Shown piece after piece: positions 28,519 to 37,870 of a stretch of DNA of 64,000 nucleotides (position 1 is its first letter; each line of letters begins with the position of its first letter). Where the stretch lies: positions 192,001-256,000 of the forward strand of contig CAWBZI010000002.1 in assembly GCA_963793265.1 (NCBI GenBank), read 5' to 3'. Origin of the DNA: an uncultured cyanobacterium. Lineage in GTDB: Bacteria > Cyanobacteriota > Cyanobacteriia > Phormidesmidales > Phormidesmidaceae. Position numbers and translations under genes: made by a program. The notes beneath the pieces were generated by a model. That model was given only the letters and a program-made list of their open reading frames with translations, ran no database searches and was not told the DNA's origin.

Positions 28519-29919
28519 TTATATTTGTGGAGCACTTACCTGTGGAACGGGCATTGCAGGCGCAGGTGCACGACCATTCTCTTCAGGAACAAGCGGATAT
28601 TCTGGATACCCTTGCAAGCCGTATTCAGAGAGATCTAGCCCGCCGATCTCTTCTGCTGCCGATACTCTCAGCATTCCGAGCTTTTTGAGCACAAAGCTCA
28701 CGCCGTATCCCGGAATAAAGCCCAACAGAACCGTACACACAAGCGTACCGACTAGCTGCCCAACAAAGCCCGTGAGGGGAATGCCGTCACCCTGCGGATA
28801 GCCCGAAGCCATGACACCCACCGCCATCGCGCCAATCACGCCGCAGTATCCATGTACCGCAAATGCACCTACCGCGTCGTCAATACCTGCTTTTTCAACC
28901 GCATTGCCAACAAAGGGCATGGTGTAAGCACCAATAAAAGCAATTAAAATAACAATTGCGGGGCTGTACAGGTCTAGCCCTGCGCCCACTGAGATAATGC
29001 CAGCCAGACCACCCGAGATTGTGTAGAAAGGATCGGCTTTAGAAGAGATATAAGCGCCCACGATGCCAGAGCACAGAGCCAGCGTTGTATTAACCCCCAC
29101 AGAAGCCAGCGTCATCGGCGTTCCATAGATCGTAATTTCCCCCGTTTGACCCGGCACGAATATTACACAAGCTGCTAAGAAGGCATAAAAGCCAACAAAA
29201 ATCAGCATCAGGCCCACCATGGTAAGTGGCAGGTTGTGAGGCAAAATCGCTCGCCCTCTGCCCTGAGCATCAAACTTACCAATGCGTGGCCCTAAGTTAA
29301 TCAGCACCCCTAGCGCGAAGAATCCAGCGACGCCATGCAGCACCGCCGAGCAGCCGAAGTCATGATAGCCAAACTGTGTGAGAAACCAGCCGTAAGGGTT
29401 CCATCCCCAGGCAGCGGCAACCACCCAGGTAAACGAGCCCAGCACCACTGCCAAAATTGCATAGGCACCCACTTTTATTCGCTCTATAACCGCACCAGAG
29501 AGAATAGAGGCAGTCGTCATCGCAAACAGAGCGAATGCAAACCAGAAAACGCCTGTAAGATTGTCGGAAACGTTCGCACCTAGCGCTGGTGACCAGGGAT
29601 AAGAGGCTTGAACCAACCCTAACACCTCGCCAACCGTGCCTTCAGCGTTAGGATCAGTCCATGGCCCAACAATCCCGCCCGTGAGCGGGAATAGTGGAAA
29701 AGCGTTATACACCCACCAGCCAAAGAAGAAGAAGGTAAGGCCCACAATTGAGAGGGTTAGCAGGTTTTTGACCATGGTGGCTAGCACGTTTTTGGCGCGA
29801 GAAGCACCGCCCTCGTAAGCCAAAAAGCCCACGTGAATGAGCAACATAAATACGGAAGCCCAGTAGTAGTAGGATTCCGAGACGAAAGTAGCTAGAAATT
29901 CTTGTGATTCGGGAGTCAT
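28519..29919 (-). CDS. amt: Ammonium/methylammonium transporter (Amt family, divergent)
   Basis: GAVIER; HDFGCSAVLH; LGPRIGKF; DDAVGAFAVHG (twin His kept). Confidence 0.92.
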   Translation of the reverse strand: MTPESQEFLATFVSESYYYWASVFMLLIHVGFLAYEGGASRAKNVLATMVKNLLTLSIVGLTFFFFGWWVYNAFPLFPLTGGIVGPWTDPNAEGTVGEVLGLVQASYPWSPALGANVSDNLTGVFWFAFALFAMTTASILSGAVIERIKVGAYAILAVVLGSFTWVVAAAWGWNPYGWFLTQFGYHDFGCSAVLHGVAGFFALGVLINLGPRIGKFDAQGRGRAILPHNLPLTMVGLMLIFVGFYAFLAACVIFVPGQTGEITIYGTPMTLASVGVNTTLALCSGIVGAYISSKADPFYTISGGLAGIISVGAGLDLYSPAIVILIAFIGAYTMPFVGNAVEKAGIDDAVGAFAVHGYCGVIGAMAVGVMASGYPQGDGIPLTGFVGQLVGTLVCTVLLGFIPGYGVSFVLKKLGMLRVSAAEEIGGLDLSEYGLQGYPEYPLVPEENGRAPAPAMPVPQVSAPQI

Positions 29920-30000
29920 AAATGGGCTCCGATAGTTTGAGAGAAATCTTTGTTGGCTAAAGCATTAGCCAGAGTGTTGGTAAGAACCGCTCTGGCAGAA

Positions 30001-30056
30001 CTTGTTATATCAAGAGTATGCAACGGGCAAAACATCCAAGCTGTAGTGAACAATAC
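30001..30056 (-). promoter_or_regulatory. NtcA box (30043-30056)-N22-CATACT plus HutC-type operator CTTGTTATATCAAG (30001-30014)
   Basis: Read directly upstream of amt. Confidence 0.72.
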
Positions 30057-30113
30057 TGAAAGGTGATTAATGTCACAATTTGATATGCCATTGAATATGT
30101 CGATGAAAATTGC

Positions 30114-30596
30114 TTACGGCATGGACACCTGTCTTTTTAGACTATCAATGTTTGTCATTGAAACATGCAGTTCCACAACGGGTTTATGCTCAATCATATG
30201 CCGCCAAATTAGGATCGGAATGGTGTCTAGGCAGGCTGGGACTGCCTGGTGATTGGGTAGGGCAGTAAGTCGATGAGGTGCTCTGACGGTAGCCTGCTGT
30301 ATGAGGGCGGGAAGCTGGTCGTTAGGTAGAGTTATTGACTTTAGCCATGGATATTGCTTGACCCATACACAGCGCTGTAGTGGGATAACGTGCTGATGGA
30401 GTGAGCCCGCGTAGCGAATGCGAAAGTTGCGATCGCACAGCCTTAAAACCGCACAGTCTTGCCCCTGTAGCACTGTCTCAACAGACTGAAACGGCGACAG
30501 ATATCCCACCGCCTCGCCAAACAACAGCCGAGCTACGTCCAGTCCTTCTGCTCCTGCCATATCCCAAAGCTTACTCACGCTTTTTTTACCTCGCAT
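30114..30596 (-). CDS. Hypothetical protein, possibly SoxG/GcvT-fold accessory subunit
   Basis: Overlaps the Tdm-like gene end; LWDMAG...VLRL pattern; weak resemblance only. Confidence 0.55.
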   Translation of the reverse strand: MRGKKSVSKLWDMAGAEGLDVARLLFGEAVGYLSPFQSVETVLQGQDCAVLRLCDRNFRIRYAGSLHQHVIPLQRCVWVKQYPWLKSITLPNDQLPALIQQATVRAPHRLTALPNHQAVPACLDTIPILIWRHMIEHKPVVELHVSMTNIDSLKRQVSMP

Positions 30597-32503
30597 CTAG
30601 CTCGACTCTTGGTCGGATCGAAAGCTGCAAGCGGCCCCACCGTAGCCGTCACTCGCCGCTTAAACCCGTCGAGAAATCCTACCTCTACCTCATGGTTGAG
30701 CTGAGCATATTCGGGCACAATTTGGGCCATGGCGATGCTACGACCCAGAATAGGAGAAAACGTAGCGCTGGTGATTTGGCCAATCCGCCAGCGTTCGCCT
30801 CTAGCATAAATATCCTGGCCGTGAGCTGCCACTTCACTGCCAGTCAGCACTAATCCGACAGCAGTTTTAGGCGGATGTTGTTGAATAAAAGATAGGGCCT
30901 CTTTGCCGATAAAGTCTGACTTTTTCATCGCGACCGTCCAGCCAATACCGGCTTGAAAGGGCGAGATTAAATCATTGAATTCGTAGCCCGAGGCCAGCAG
31001 TCCGGCTTCAATCCTAGCTCTTTCTAGCGCTTTCATTCCTAGCGCCTGCATTCCCTTAGGCTGGCCTGCTGCCATCAGCGTTTCCCAAAGCTGCGGGCCA
31101 TCATTAGGATGAACAAACAGCTCGTAACCTAGCTCACCCGTATAGCCTGTACGCGAGATGAGAACAGGAATTTTCTCTGTAGCACTAACAATTTCAACAG
31201 ATTTGTGTCCGAAATAGCCTAGATCGTCAAGTGCGTTTGATACGGCTAATAGTGGCTTGAGAATACTGTAAGACTCGGGGCCTTGCAGCGCCAGGTTATG
31301 CAGGCGATCGCTCACGTCCTCAACAGTCACCGTCCATCCCTGCTGCTGGGCAATGCGCCGCAGCCAGTCGCCATCCGTATCACAGTTACCCACGTAGCGA
31401 TAGTGCGCTGCGCCAAAACAAAAGACAATCCCATCATCAACAATACCGCCGTGAGGATTGAGCAAGCAGCCATAGGCAGCGCGACCCGCCTTTATTTTCT
31501 CTAGATTGCGAGAAAAGGCATATTGAAGCAGCGAAAAGGCATCTACACCCGTAATTTCAAACTTACGCAGTGCTGAGAGATCCATGAGCGCTGCTCGCTG
31601 CCGAAGCGCCCAGTATTCAGCCTGATCGCCTTGATGCGCGAAGGTATTAGGCACCCAAAAGCTGTTGTAGTCGCTGAGATCGTCAGTTAGGCGGCGAATG
31701 CTGGGGGTAAAGGCGCTGTTTTGAGTGAGGCGAAGCGGCAGATCTGCGGTGCGTCTGCCAGTGGCCCGGTAGAAGGATTGCTTAGCTGCGTATATGCGGA
31801 TGTGAATGGGGGTGGGCTGCCAGCCGTTCGCTGCGTCGATGTCGTCAGGACAGGCGGAGCTAGCGCAGAGCAGCGTTTGATGCGCTTTGAGTAGAACGTA
31901 ATCACCGGGGCGTGACCAGGACTCGGCGGCGATAATGTTGCCGCTACAGTCGATTTCGGTATTGAAGAAGAAGTTAATAGCGGGCCAGCCCGGCTTGGCA
32001 GGTAGACCGTAAGGAGCCAAGATGCGGTTAAAGTTGTCGCTACAGCTCGGGTGACCAGGATAGCCTGCGTCTTCGTAGTAGCGGGGGGTGCAGGCTAACA
32101 GAAAGCTGTCGTGGCGATCGCACGTATCTTGAATCACCTCTACCATCGGCTGCATGGCCTGAGAAAAATACTTGCTATGCAGCCCGGCTTTGGGGTTCAC
32201 AATACCGTTGAGCGATCGCGTAACGGTGCTGTCGAGCGTTTGAGAATAATCCTCACCCGCAAAAGCCAAAAAATCAGAACATTGCGATCCGTCTACATCG
32301 ATAATTTGAATGTATTGGCCTAGCTGAACCGGGTAGGCTTGAGCGCTGCCCGGTTCAATGCGATACTCGGCAACCATCTCTCCTAGCGCCGCCGGGACAT
32401 CCTTGTATGGACTTTCCGAACGCAGGCTCTCTAGCAGCTCATTGGGCGGCTCACTGGGCATCTCACTGGGCGGCTCATCTGACCGTCTACTGACAACAAG
32501 CAT
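30575..32503 (-). CDS. DUF1989 + GcvT aminomethyltransferase, TMAO demethylase (Tdm)-like; start 32503 or 32461
   Basis: QCSDF; HDSFLLAC..YPGHPSC..GW..SSACP; GcvT DLSALRKFE, SRTGYTGELGYE, RIEAG. Confidence 0.88.
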   Translation of the reverse strand: MLVVSRRSDEPPSEMPSEPPNELLESLRSESPYKDVPAALGEMVAEYRIEPGSAQAYPVQLGQYIQIIDVDGSQCSDFLAFAGEDYSQTLDSTVTRSLNGIVNPKAGLHSKYFSQAMQPMVEVIQDTCDRHDSFLLACTPRYYEDAGYPGHPSCSDNFNRILAPYGLPAKPGWPAINFFFNTEIDCSGNIIAAESWSRPGDYVLLKAHQTLLCASSACPDDIDAANGWQPTPIHIRIYAAKQSFYRATGRRTADLPLRLTQNSAFTPSIRRLTDDLSDYNSFWVPNTFAHQGDQAEYWALRQRAALMDLSALRKFEITGVDAFSLLQYAFSRNLEKIKAGRAAYGCLLNPHGGIVDDGIVFCFGAAHYRYVGNCDTDGDWLRRIAQQQGWTVTVEDVSDRLHNLALQGPESYSILKPLLAVSNALDDLGYFGHKSVEIVSATEKIPVLISRTGYTGELGYELFVHPNDGPQLWETLMAAGQPKGMQALGMKALERARIEAGLLASGYEFNDLISPFQAGIGWTVAMKKSDFIGKEALSFIQQHPPKTAVGLVLTGSEVAAHGQDIYARGERWRIGQITSATFSPILGRSIAMAQIVPEYAQLNHEVEVGFLDGFKRRVTATVGPLAAFDPTKSRARCEVKKA

Positions 32504-34442
32504 GTTTACTGCCGTGATTCTTGGGCGAAGGGGGCACATCGTTAGCCGGATTTTCATCGAAGAAATTCAGCGGCTTCAGCATAAAACCAATGGTCGCAAC
32601 CGGCATCACAGGCCAGTCTTCAGCGCGAGGAGAATGGCTGTGCGCAAAGGTGTACCAGACCACAATATCGGTGTTTTCTATGGGGCGATCGCCTTCAGTC
32701 CAGTGAGGCAAGCCCGCACCACCCGGATGCTGATTAGGATAGTCGCCAGCAGGATAGTTTTCGTCCTCGTGGTAGGGCGTCACCCACAGATGCCGGGTCA
32801 TGTAGGTGGCTCTTTTAGTGACGCTGGCACCTGGGCGAGCCATCGGTAGCGTGTTTTCTCCGGGCATAAGCTTGTACCCGGTCGGGTAGCCCATCGCATT
32901 TGTTTTAGACGGGTTAACCACTTTCCAATAGCGCCCTTTCATCGGATCGATATAGCGCTGAGCGGCCTGCTCTGTGGGCAGCAGGGTAGATTTGGCATAG
33001 AAGGCGTTGCCGTAAGGATTATCGTTGTCTTCTTCGGGCACGATATCCACTTCATAAATAGAATTTTGAGCGCCATCTACGCACATGTCCATGCGTATAT
33101 TAAAGATGTGTTGGTGAATAGGCGCATTGAGCTGGGGAGCGACTAAGGTGCCGTACTTGGGCACTTCTCCGGGCATGACGGCGGCTGTGCTGACGACGCC
33201 TGTGAGCTTAACTTCGTATTGAATGGTGCCGTCCTGGTAGAAGTACCAGTAAAAGCCGTACTCGTAGTTGCCAACGGTGGCGATAAAAGAGATGACTAAA
33301 CGACGCGATCGCCTCACTTCAGTCTGTTCTGTACGCCAGTCCATATGCTTCCACAAAATGCCAAAGTCTTCTTCATGCAGACAAATGGCATTTTCAATTT
33401 TTGCGACCTCGCCGCGAGAGTTGGTGATAAAGCCGTCGAAGTAATAAATCTCTCCCAAGCAGTCGCAGCCCAGCGTCAGAGAATTCGCCAGCGACCCAAT
33501 GCCATATTCACCCACGTCAAATGCATTTTTGCGGTAGTGATGCGGTGCTGGATCGCCATAGGGTACGGTCATCTCAGCCAGCGAGGCCCGGTAGAAAATG
33601 GGCCGCTCTGTATCGCTGTCTGTATAGGTGACATCGTAGAGCACCAGCCCTTCGCGGGGCGTAAAGCCGACTCGAATCTTCCACTTTTGCCAGCGAATCT
33701 CATGATCATTGACTTGAAAGCTGGGGCCTTCTGGCTGCACAATTTCCAGCGGCTTAACATCGGTACGGTAGTTTTTCACATATTCCGGCGTATAGTTGCC
33801 ATCATTAGGCGGCAAAGGTACTACGCCATAGTCTTCTACCCGAATTACCTCCATCTTATTGAGGTCTACGACTGGAATAACGCCCTCAATGGGCCTGGCG
33901 TAGCCGTGATCGGTAGGATTTGCCCTTACCCAGCACAGCGCGCGAGATAGGCGTACGCCTTCTTCTTCGACGATGCCGTAGTTACCTGCTGACCAGGGAT
34001 CGACCATGACCAGATCGGGATCGGTGATGCCGCGTTTAGCGATCGCAGCTTGAAAATCTGGATTGGCCTTAACTGCCGCCTCGCACTCAACAAACTCATC
34101 TAGCATGATCGGCGGCTGCACGTTGGGAATATAGTCCCAAGCGGTCACGGTCGAGCTGTTGAGTGAGACAACGGCCTCGTAGGTTTTAGCGGTGGCGTTG
34201 TCCAGCAGAATAATGAAGGCATCTCGGGCGATCGCGTCTCCTTTTTTAAAGCTGAGAACAGTCTCTTTCGCCGGTTCTTTGAGCGTGACGGTGGCAAAAC
34301 GAACGCTGTTGCCAAGCGATTTTTGCTCGCGGACAATGCTGACAGCCGCGGTGATTTCTTCAGGCGTCAGCGGTTCTAAAGGATGGCTGACGAGCGAATT
34401 CGCACTTATTTTAGAAACCGTTCTTTCTTGGGCAAGTGTCAT
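32487..34442 (-). CDS. Copper/TPQ primary amine oxidase
   Basis: HPLEPLT; TPQ motif TVGNYEY; HQH copper ligands; EDWPVMP; AGGAGA RBS; no signal peptide. Confidence 0.95.
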   Translation of the reverse strand: MTLAQERTVSKISANSLVSHPLEPLTPEEITAAVSIVREQKSLGNSVRFATVTLKEPAKETVLSFKKGDAIARDAFIILLDNATAKTYEAVVSLNSSTVTAWDYIPNVQPPIMLDEFVECEAAVKANPDFQAAIAKRGITDPDLVMVDPWSAGNYGIVEEEGVRLSRALCWVRANPTDHGYARPIEGVIPVVDLNKMEVIRVEDYGVVPLPPNDGNYTPEYVKNYRTDVKPLEIVQPEGPSFQVNDHEIRWQKWKIRVGFTPREGLVLYDVTYTDSDTERPIFYRASLAEMTVPYGDPAPHHYRKNAFDVGEYGIGSLANSLTLGCDCLGEIYYFDGFITNSRGEVAKIENAICLHEEDFGILWKHMDWRTEQTEVRRSRRLVISFIATVGNYEYGFYWYFYQDGTIQYEVKLTGVVSTAAVMPGEVPKYGTLVAPQLNAPIHQHIFNIRMDMCVDGAQNSIYEVDIVPEEDNDNPYGNAFYAKSTLLPTEQAAQRYIDPMKGRYWKVVNPSKTNAMGYPTGYKLMPGENTLPMARPGASVTKRATYMTRHLWVTPYHEDENYPAGDYPNQHPGGAGLPHWTEGDRPIENTDIVVWYTFAHSHSPRAEDWPVMPVATIGFMLKPLNFFDENPANDVPPSPKNHGSKHACCQ

Positions 34443-34479
34443 CGTAGTGAGTCTCCTGAATACTTTTTCAGCTTTTCTT

Positions 34480-35931
34480 TTAGCTACTAACGCCAACCAT
34501 CACAGGTCTTTTTGACTGAACCTCGTTCTCTTCCGTTTCACGCGTTGCCACCTCTGCTAAGAGTGTCTCCGCTAGCTTGCGTTTCTCCTCATCGCCCATT
34601 TTCTTCAGCTCGCTATTCAACGCCCTTTCATTCACAGACTGACTCCAATAGTCCAGACTCTCAAACCCCAGCAGCGCCGACTTCCCGACAAACTGACGCA
34701 AAATCTCGTTAGTTGGCCCCATCACCCAGCCCGCTTTGCCATCGCGTAAATAGCGCTCTATTTCCATATCCTTCTTAAAGCCAGAGCCACCGCAGGCGTG
34801 AAGCATTTTGTCGCAAACGTGAGCTACGTTTTTCGCTGCCGAAAACTTAATTTGCCAGTACCAGTGCAGATAAGCAGAGCGCGGTAGCGCCGTTACATCC
34901 GCATGAACCGACCAGTCACAGTTATTCGTAAGCTGATCCATAAGCTGACCCATCGAAAAGGTATACATCCGACAGGCGCTAGTGTCGATAATGCTCTCTC
35001 CAAAGTAGTCTTGAATGGTGGGATAGTCGGCCACTCTCATGCCGACATCAACGTGCTTTTTACGGGTGACGTGCTTCTTGGCAATGTCAATTGCGCCTAT
35101 TGCGATCCCGTTCCAACAGGCCGACGAACACAGCAAGAAAAAGGGATCAACAATCTCATCATTAGAGGCCACGCCGTCGCCCTCGGGGCCAATCATGCGC
35201 TGCTCAGGAATCACCACGCCATCGACTAAAAGCGCACCTGACTGATTGCCCCGCAGACCGAGCGCATCCCACTTGTGAGGTTCCGCCTGGGCTTCGTTGC
35301 CGTAAATCAAAAAACAGGAGAGATCGGAATAGTCGCCGCTGAAGTTAGGGCTAGTTGTTTGCACAACGTACCAGTCTGCAAAGCCTGCTGAAGTTGTCCA
35401 GGAGGCTCGCTTGAATACCTGCCATCCTGAGGCCGTTTTCTCAGCCCGAGAAGACACCGGATACCAAAAGTGAGAGCCTGTTTCTGGGTCTGAATAGGAG
35501 AGCGTGCCGATGGCGACATCAGTATCTAATCGCTTGAGCAGGGTCTGAAGCTCTGGGTTGCTGTGGGCGCGAAATAGGGTCGCTGCCACTGCGCCCAAGT
35601 GCATGGTGTAGCACATTGCCGTGCTAGGACAGCCATAGCGGGCAATGGTTTCTACGACCATCGCCGCGCAGGTGTGGTTTTCGCCTAAGCCGCCCCACGA
35701 CTGAGGAACTAAAAGACCTAATAGGCCCAGAGAAGCCAGGGCTTTGAAGTTTTCGCGAGGGTAGATGAGCTGACGATCGGAGGCGATCGCATTCGGCCTC
35801 AGCACCCTAGCGCACAGGTCAATCAGCTTTGCCTGAAGCGCTTTTTGCGCGGGCGTCAGCATCCACTGCGGATCAAAATCCTCACTAATACCGCCAAAAG
35901 AAGCCTGATCAAAACAAGTCGCAGCAGCCAT
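34480..35931 (-). CDS. Acyl-CoA dehydrogenase-fold flavoprotein
   Basis: LSYSDPETGS; WTT; WDALGLRG; GGSGF..IERYLRD. Confidence 0.85.
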   Translation of the reverse strand: MAAATCFDQASFGGISEDFDPQWMLTPAQKALQAKLIDLCARVLRPNAIASDRQLIYPRENFKALASLGLLGLLVPQSWGGLGENHTCAAMVVETIARYGCPSTAMCYTMHLGAVAATLFRAHSNPELQTLLKRLDTDVAIGTLSYSDPETGSHFWYPVSSRAEKTASGWQVFKRASWTTSAGFADWYVVQTTSPNFSGDYSDLSCFLIYGNEAQAEPHKWDALGLRGNQSGALLVDGVVIPEQRMIGPEGDGVASNDEIVDPFFLLCSSACWNGIAIGAIDIAKKHVTRKKHVDVGMRVADYPTIQDYFGESIIDTSACRMYTFSMGQLMDQLTNNCDWSVHADVTALPRSAYLHWYWQIKFSAAKNVAHVCDKMLHACGGSGFKKDMEIERYLRDGKAGWVMGPTNEILRQFVGKSALLGFESLDYWSQSVNERALNSELKKMGDEEKRKLAETLLAEVATRETEENEVQSKRPVMVGVSS

Positions 35932-35975
35932 AGAAAAGTTTGTAGGTGAACGTTACAGGTGAAAAGAGATAGAAA

Positions 35976-36878
35976 CTATCCAACAGAAACCGCTGCCGTC
36001 TCCGCCAGCGGATCGGCGCAGTAATCAGCCAAATGAGGACTCCGGTAGCCATCCTTTTGCCAGAGCACCGGGAAAAAGCTCTCATCCATCTCGTTACTGC
36101 CGAGCCGCTTGTAGCGCCCGTAGATATATCCGGCCTGATGCGTTGGATGAAACTGTGAATTCGACGGAATCGTGTGCAAGCCAATGCTGTGAAACGTGCC
36201 TTCTGTGCGCGTTGTTTTACACAGTCCATGCCAGGTGCGCCCGTGATGAAAGGCGCAGCCGCCTGCGGGCACTTCTACCACCACCAGTTCAGGCTGCTCT
36301 ACCCCGGCATTTTCTGCCGCCTGAAGCATTGCCCAGCGGTAGTCTTTAGTCGGCGCATGAAACTCTCCTTCTACGGCTGCTAGGGGCCACTTATGAGATC
36401 CTTTCACGTACACCAGCGTTCCATCGGCGGCAGTGGCATCGTCTAGCGCGACCCAGCAGGTCATCATTTGCGCGGGATTCAAATAGTCTATGTAGGCTCC
36501 GTCTTGATGCATGGCGATCGCCTTCGCCCCAGGCGGCTTCATCCACAGGCTGTCCTGACCAATTCTCGCCCCTTGCCAACCTGCCAAGGTCGCGGTTAGT
36601 CGGCCAATCTCGGCCGAGAGTACCAGGCTAGCAATCGTGCGATCGCACTTCCAGGCATTACACATCTCTCTGGTGACATCTGGCAGGCTCAGTCCGGGCC
36701 GCCAGTACCACTCGTCGGGATAAATGCCCGTTTCAAACTCTCCATGAAACAGCGGCTCCATTCGAGCCGCGAGCCGCTTGGCGAAATCGGGCGGCACAAA
36801 GTTTTCGACAATTAAGAAGCCGTCTGCTTGAAACTGTTTAATCTGCGCTTGCGTAAGCGTAACGGGCTGATAGCTCAT
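35976..36878 (-). CDS. PhyH-family dioxygenase paralog 3 (HQD kept, 2OG-binding Arg apparently replaced)
   Basis: MSYQPV start; HQD; FHHGRTWHGLCKT..GTFHS. Confidence 0.88.
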   Translation of the reverse strand: MSYQPVTLTQAQIKQFQADGFLIVENFVPPDFAKRLAARMEPLFHGEFETGIYPDEWYWRPGLSLPDVTREMCNAWKCDRTIASLVLSAEIGRLTATLAGWQGARIGQDSLWMKPPGAKAIAMHQDGAYIDYLNPAQMMTCWVALDDATAADGTLVYVKGSHKWPLAAVEGEFHAPTKDYRWAMLQAAENAGVEQPELVVVEVPAGGCAFHHGRTWHGLCKTTRTEGTFHSIGLHTIPSNSQFHPTHQAGYIYGRYKRLGSNEMDESFFPVLWQKDGYRSPHLADYCADPLAETAAVSVG

Positions 36879-36930
36879 TGACTGATAGCCGATTTGAAAA
36901 TATTTGACAAAAAAGAATAAACAAACTCTA

Positions 36931-36977
36931 CTTGTCATAATAAGTTTCTTTTGAGAAGAAACGGTGCGCTTCGCTAC
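36931..36977. promoter_or_regulatory. Operator CTTGTCATAATAAG (36931-36944) and imperfect NtcA box (36964-36977) in divergent promoter
   Basis: Matches the repeated operator; the minus strand reads GTA-N8-CAC-N21-TATTAT. Confidence 0.6.
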
Positions 36978-37027
36978 ACTTTCACAAAACACATGACAAA
37001 ACATCTGGGAGAATCAGGGAAACAGCC

Positions 37028-37771
37028 ATGAAATCTGAAGAAACATTAACTGCGCAATTAACCATGCAGCCCGGCCATCTAAACATTGTGGCCAGTGACT
37101 TTGATGCTCGTCCGATGAGCTACATTGATGCAGAGGGCTATCGGACAGGGTATGAGGTAGAGCTGGCAAGGGTGGTGTGCGATCGCCTCAATCTCAAACC
37201 CGTCTGGCACAATCTCCCAATGAAAGACTTTTACACCAGCTTAGATCCCAATCAAAACAAGCAGTACGACATTGTTTGGTTCAATCAGGCGATTACCCCC
37301 GCCCGGCAGCAGCAGGTTGACTTTACTCAACCCTACGGCCTGTTTGACGAAGCCGTACTGGTCAAGCAGCCAAGCTCTGTCACTGCGCCTGAAGACCTGG
37401 CAAACCTGCGGGTTGGTGGACTTGCAGGCAGTACAAATATTGAGCTAGTAGACGGCTTTTCTGGTGCCAAAGCAGTGCCTTACCTGGGCAGCGATAAGGT
37501 ATTACCTGAAATGCTATCTGCCCTACGAGCAGGCGAGATCGATGCTCTAATTGATGATGAGCTGGTGCTGATTGTTGCTGCTGAAGAAGATCCTAAATTA
37601 CGTTTGGCATTTAGTTTGCCGACCAAAGCACCTTTTGCTATTGGAGTATCTAAAGCTCAGCCCATGCTGCAAGAGAAGCTAGACGCTACACTCTCTGCGG
37701 TGATCGCAGACGGCACGCTAGGGCAGCTTTGGGAAAAGTGGATTCCCTGGAAACCGTTTCCGTTCTCGTAG
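37028..37771 (+). CDS. Family-3 solute-binding protein without signal peptide
   Basis: PMSY..GYEVELA; ITPARQQQVDFTQPY; G+STN; no hydrophobic N-terminus. Confidence 0.82.
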   Translation: MKSEETLTAQLTMQPGHLNIVASDFDARPMSYIDAEGYRTGYEVELARVVCDRLNLKPVWHNLPMKDFYTSLDPNQNKQYDIVWFNQAITPARQQQVDFTQPYGLFDEAVLVKQPSSVTAPEDLANLRVGGLAGSTNIELVDGFSGAKAVPYLGSDKVLPEMLSALRAGEIDALIDDELVLIVAAEEDPKLRLAFSLPTKAPFAIGVSKAQPMLQEKLDATLSAVIADGTLGQLWEKWIPWKPFPFS

Positions 37772-37809
37772 CTCTTGATACAAACTTGTCATAACAGGTT
37801 AGCTTTACT
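37768..37809 (+). promoter_or_regulatory. NtcA box GTAGCTCTTGATAC (37768-37781), operator CTTGTCATAACAGG (37785-37798), TTTACT at 22 nt
   Basis: Read directly. Confidence 0.72.
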
Positions 37810-37870
37810 TAAAAGGAAATAGGTCTGTTTCACATTCGCCTTTGCAAATTACCTCGGAGACTTTTAAAAA

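Noticed and set aside
32438..32480. 12-nt tandem repeats at the Tdm-like 5' end
   Set aside because: Short low-complexity linker (EPPS/EMPS/EPPN); too short for an array
30575..32560. Guanidine riboswitch / carboxyguanidine deiminase reading of DUF1989
   Set aside because: Domain is fused to GcvT with Tdm-like spacing, and no leader exists because the gene abuts the amine oxidase
33345..33950. 201-aa + strand ORF and similar overlapping ORFs throughout the window
   Set aside because: Antisense or alternate frames of well-supported genes, with no motifs
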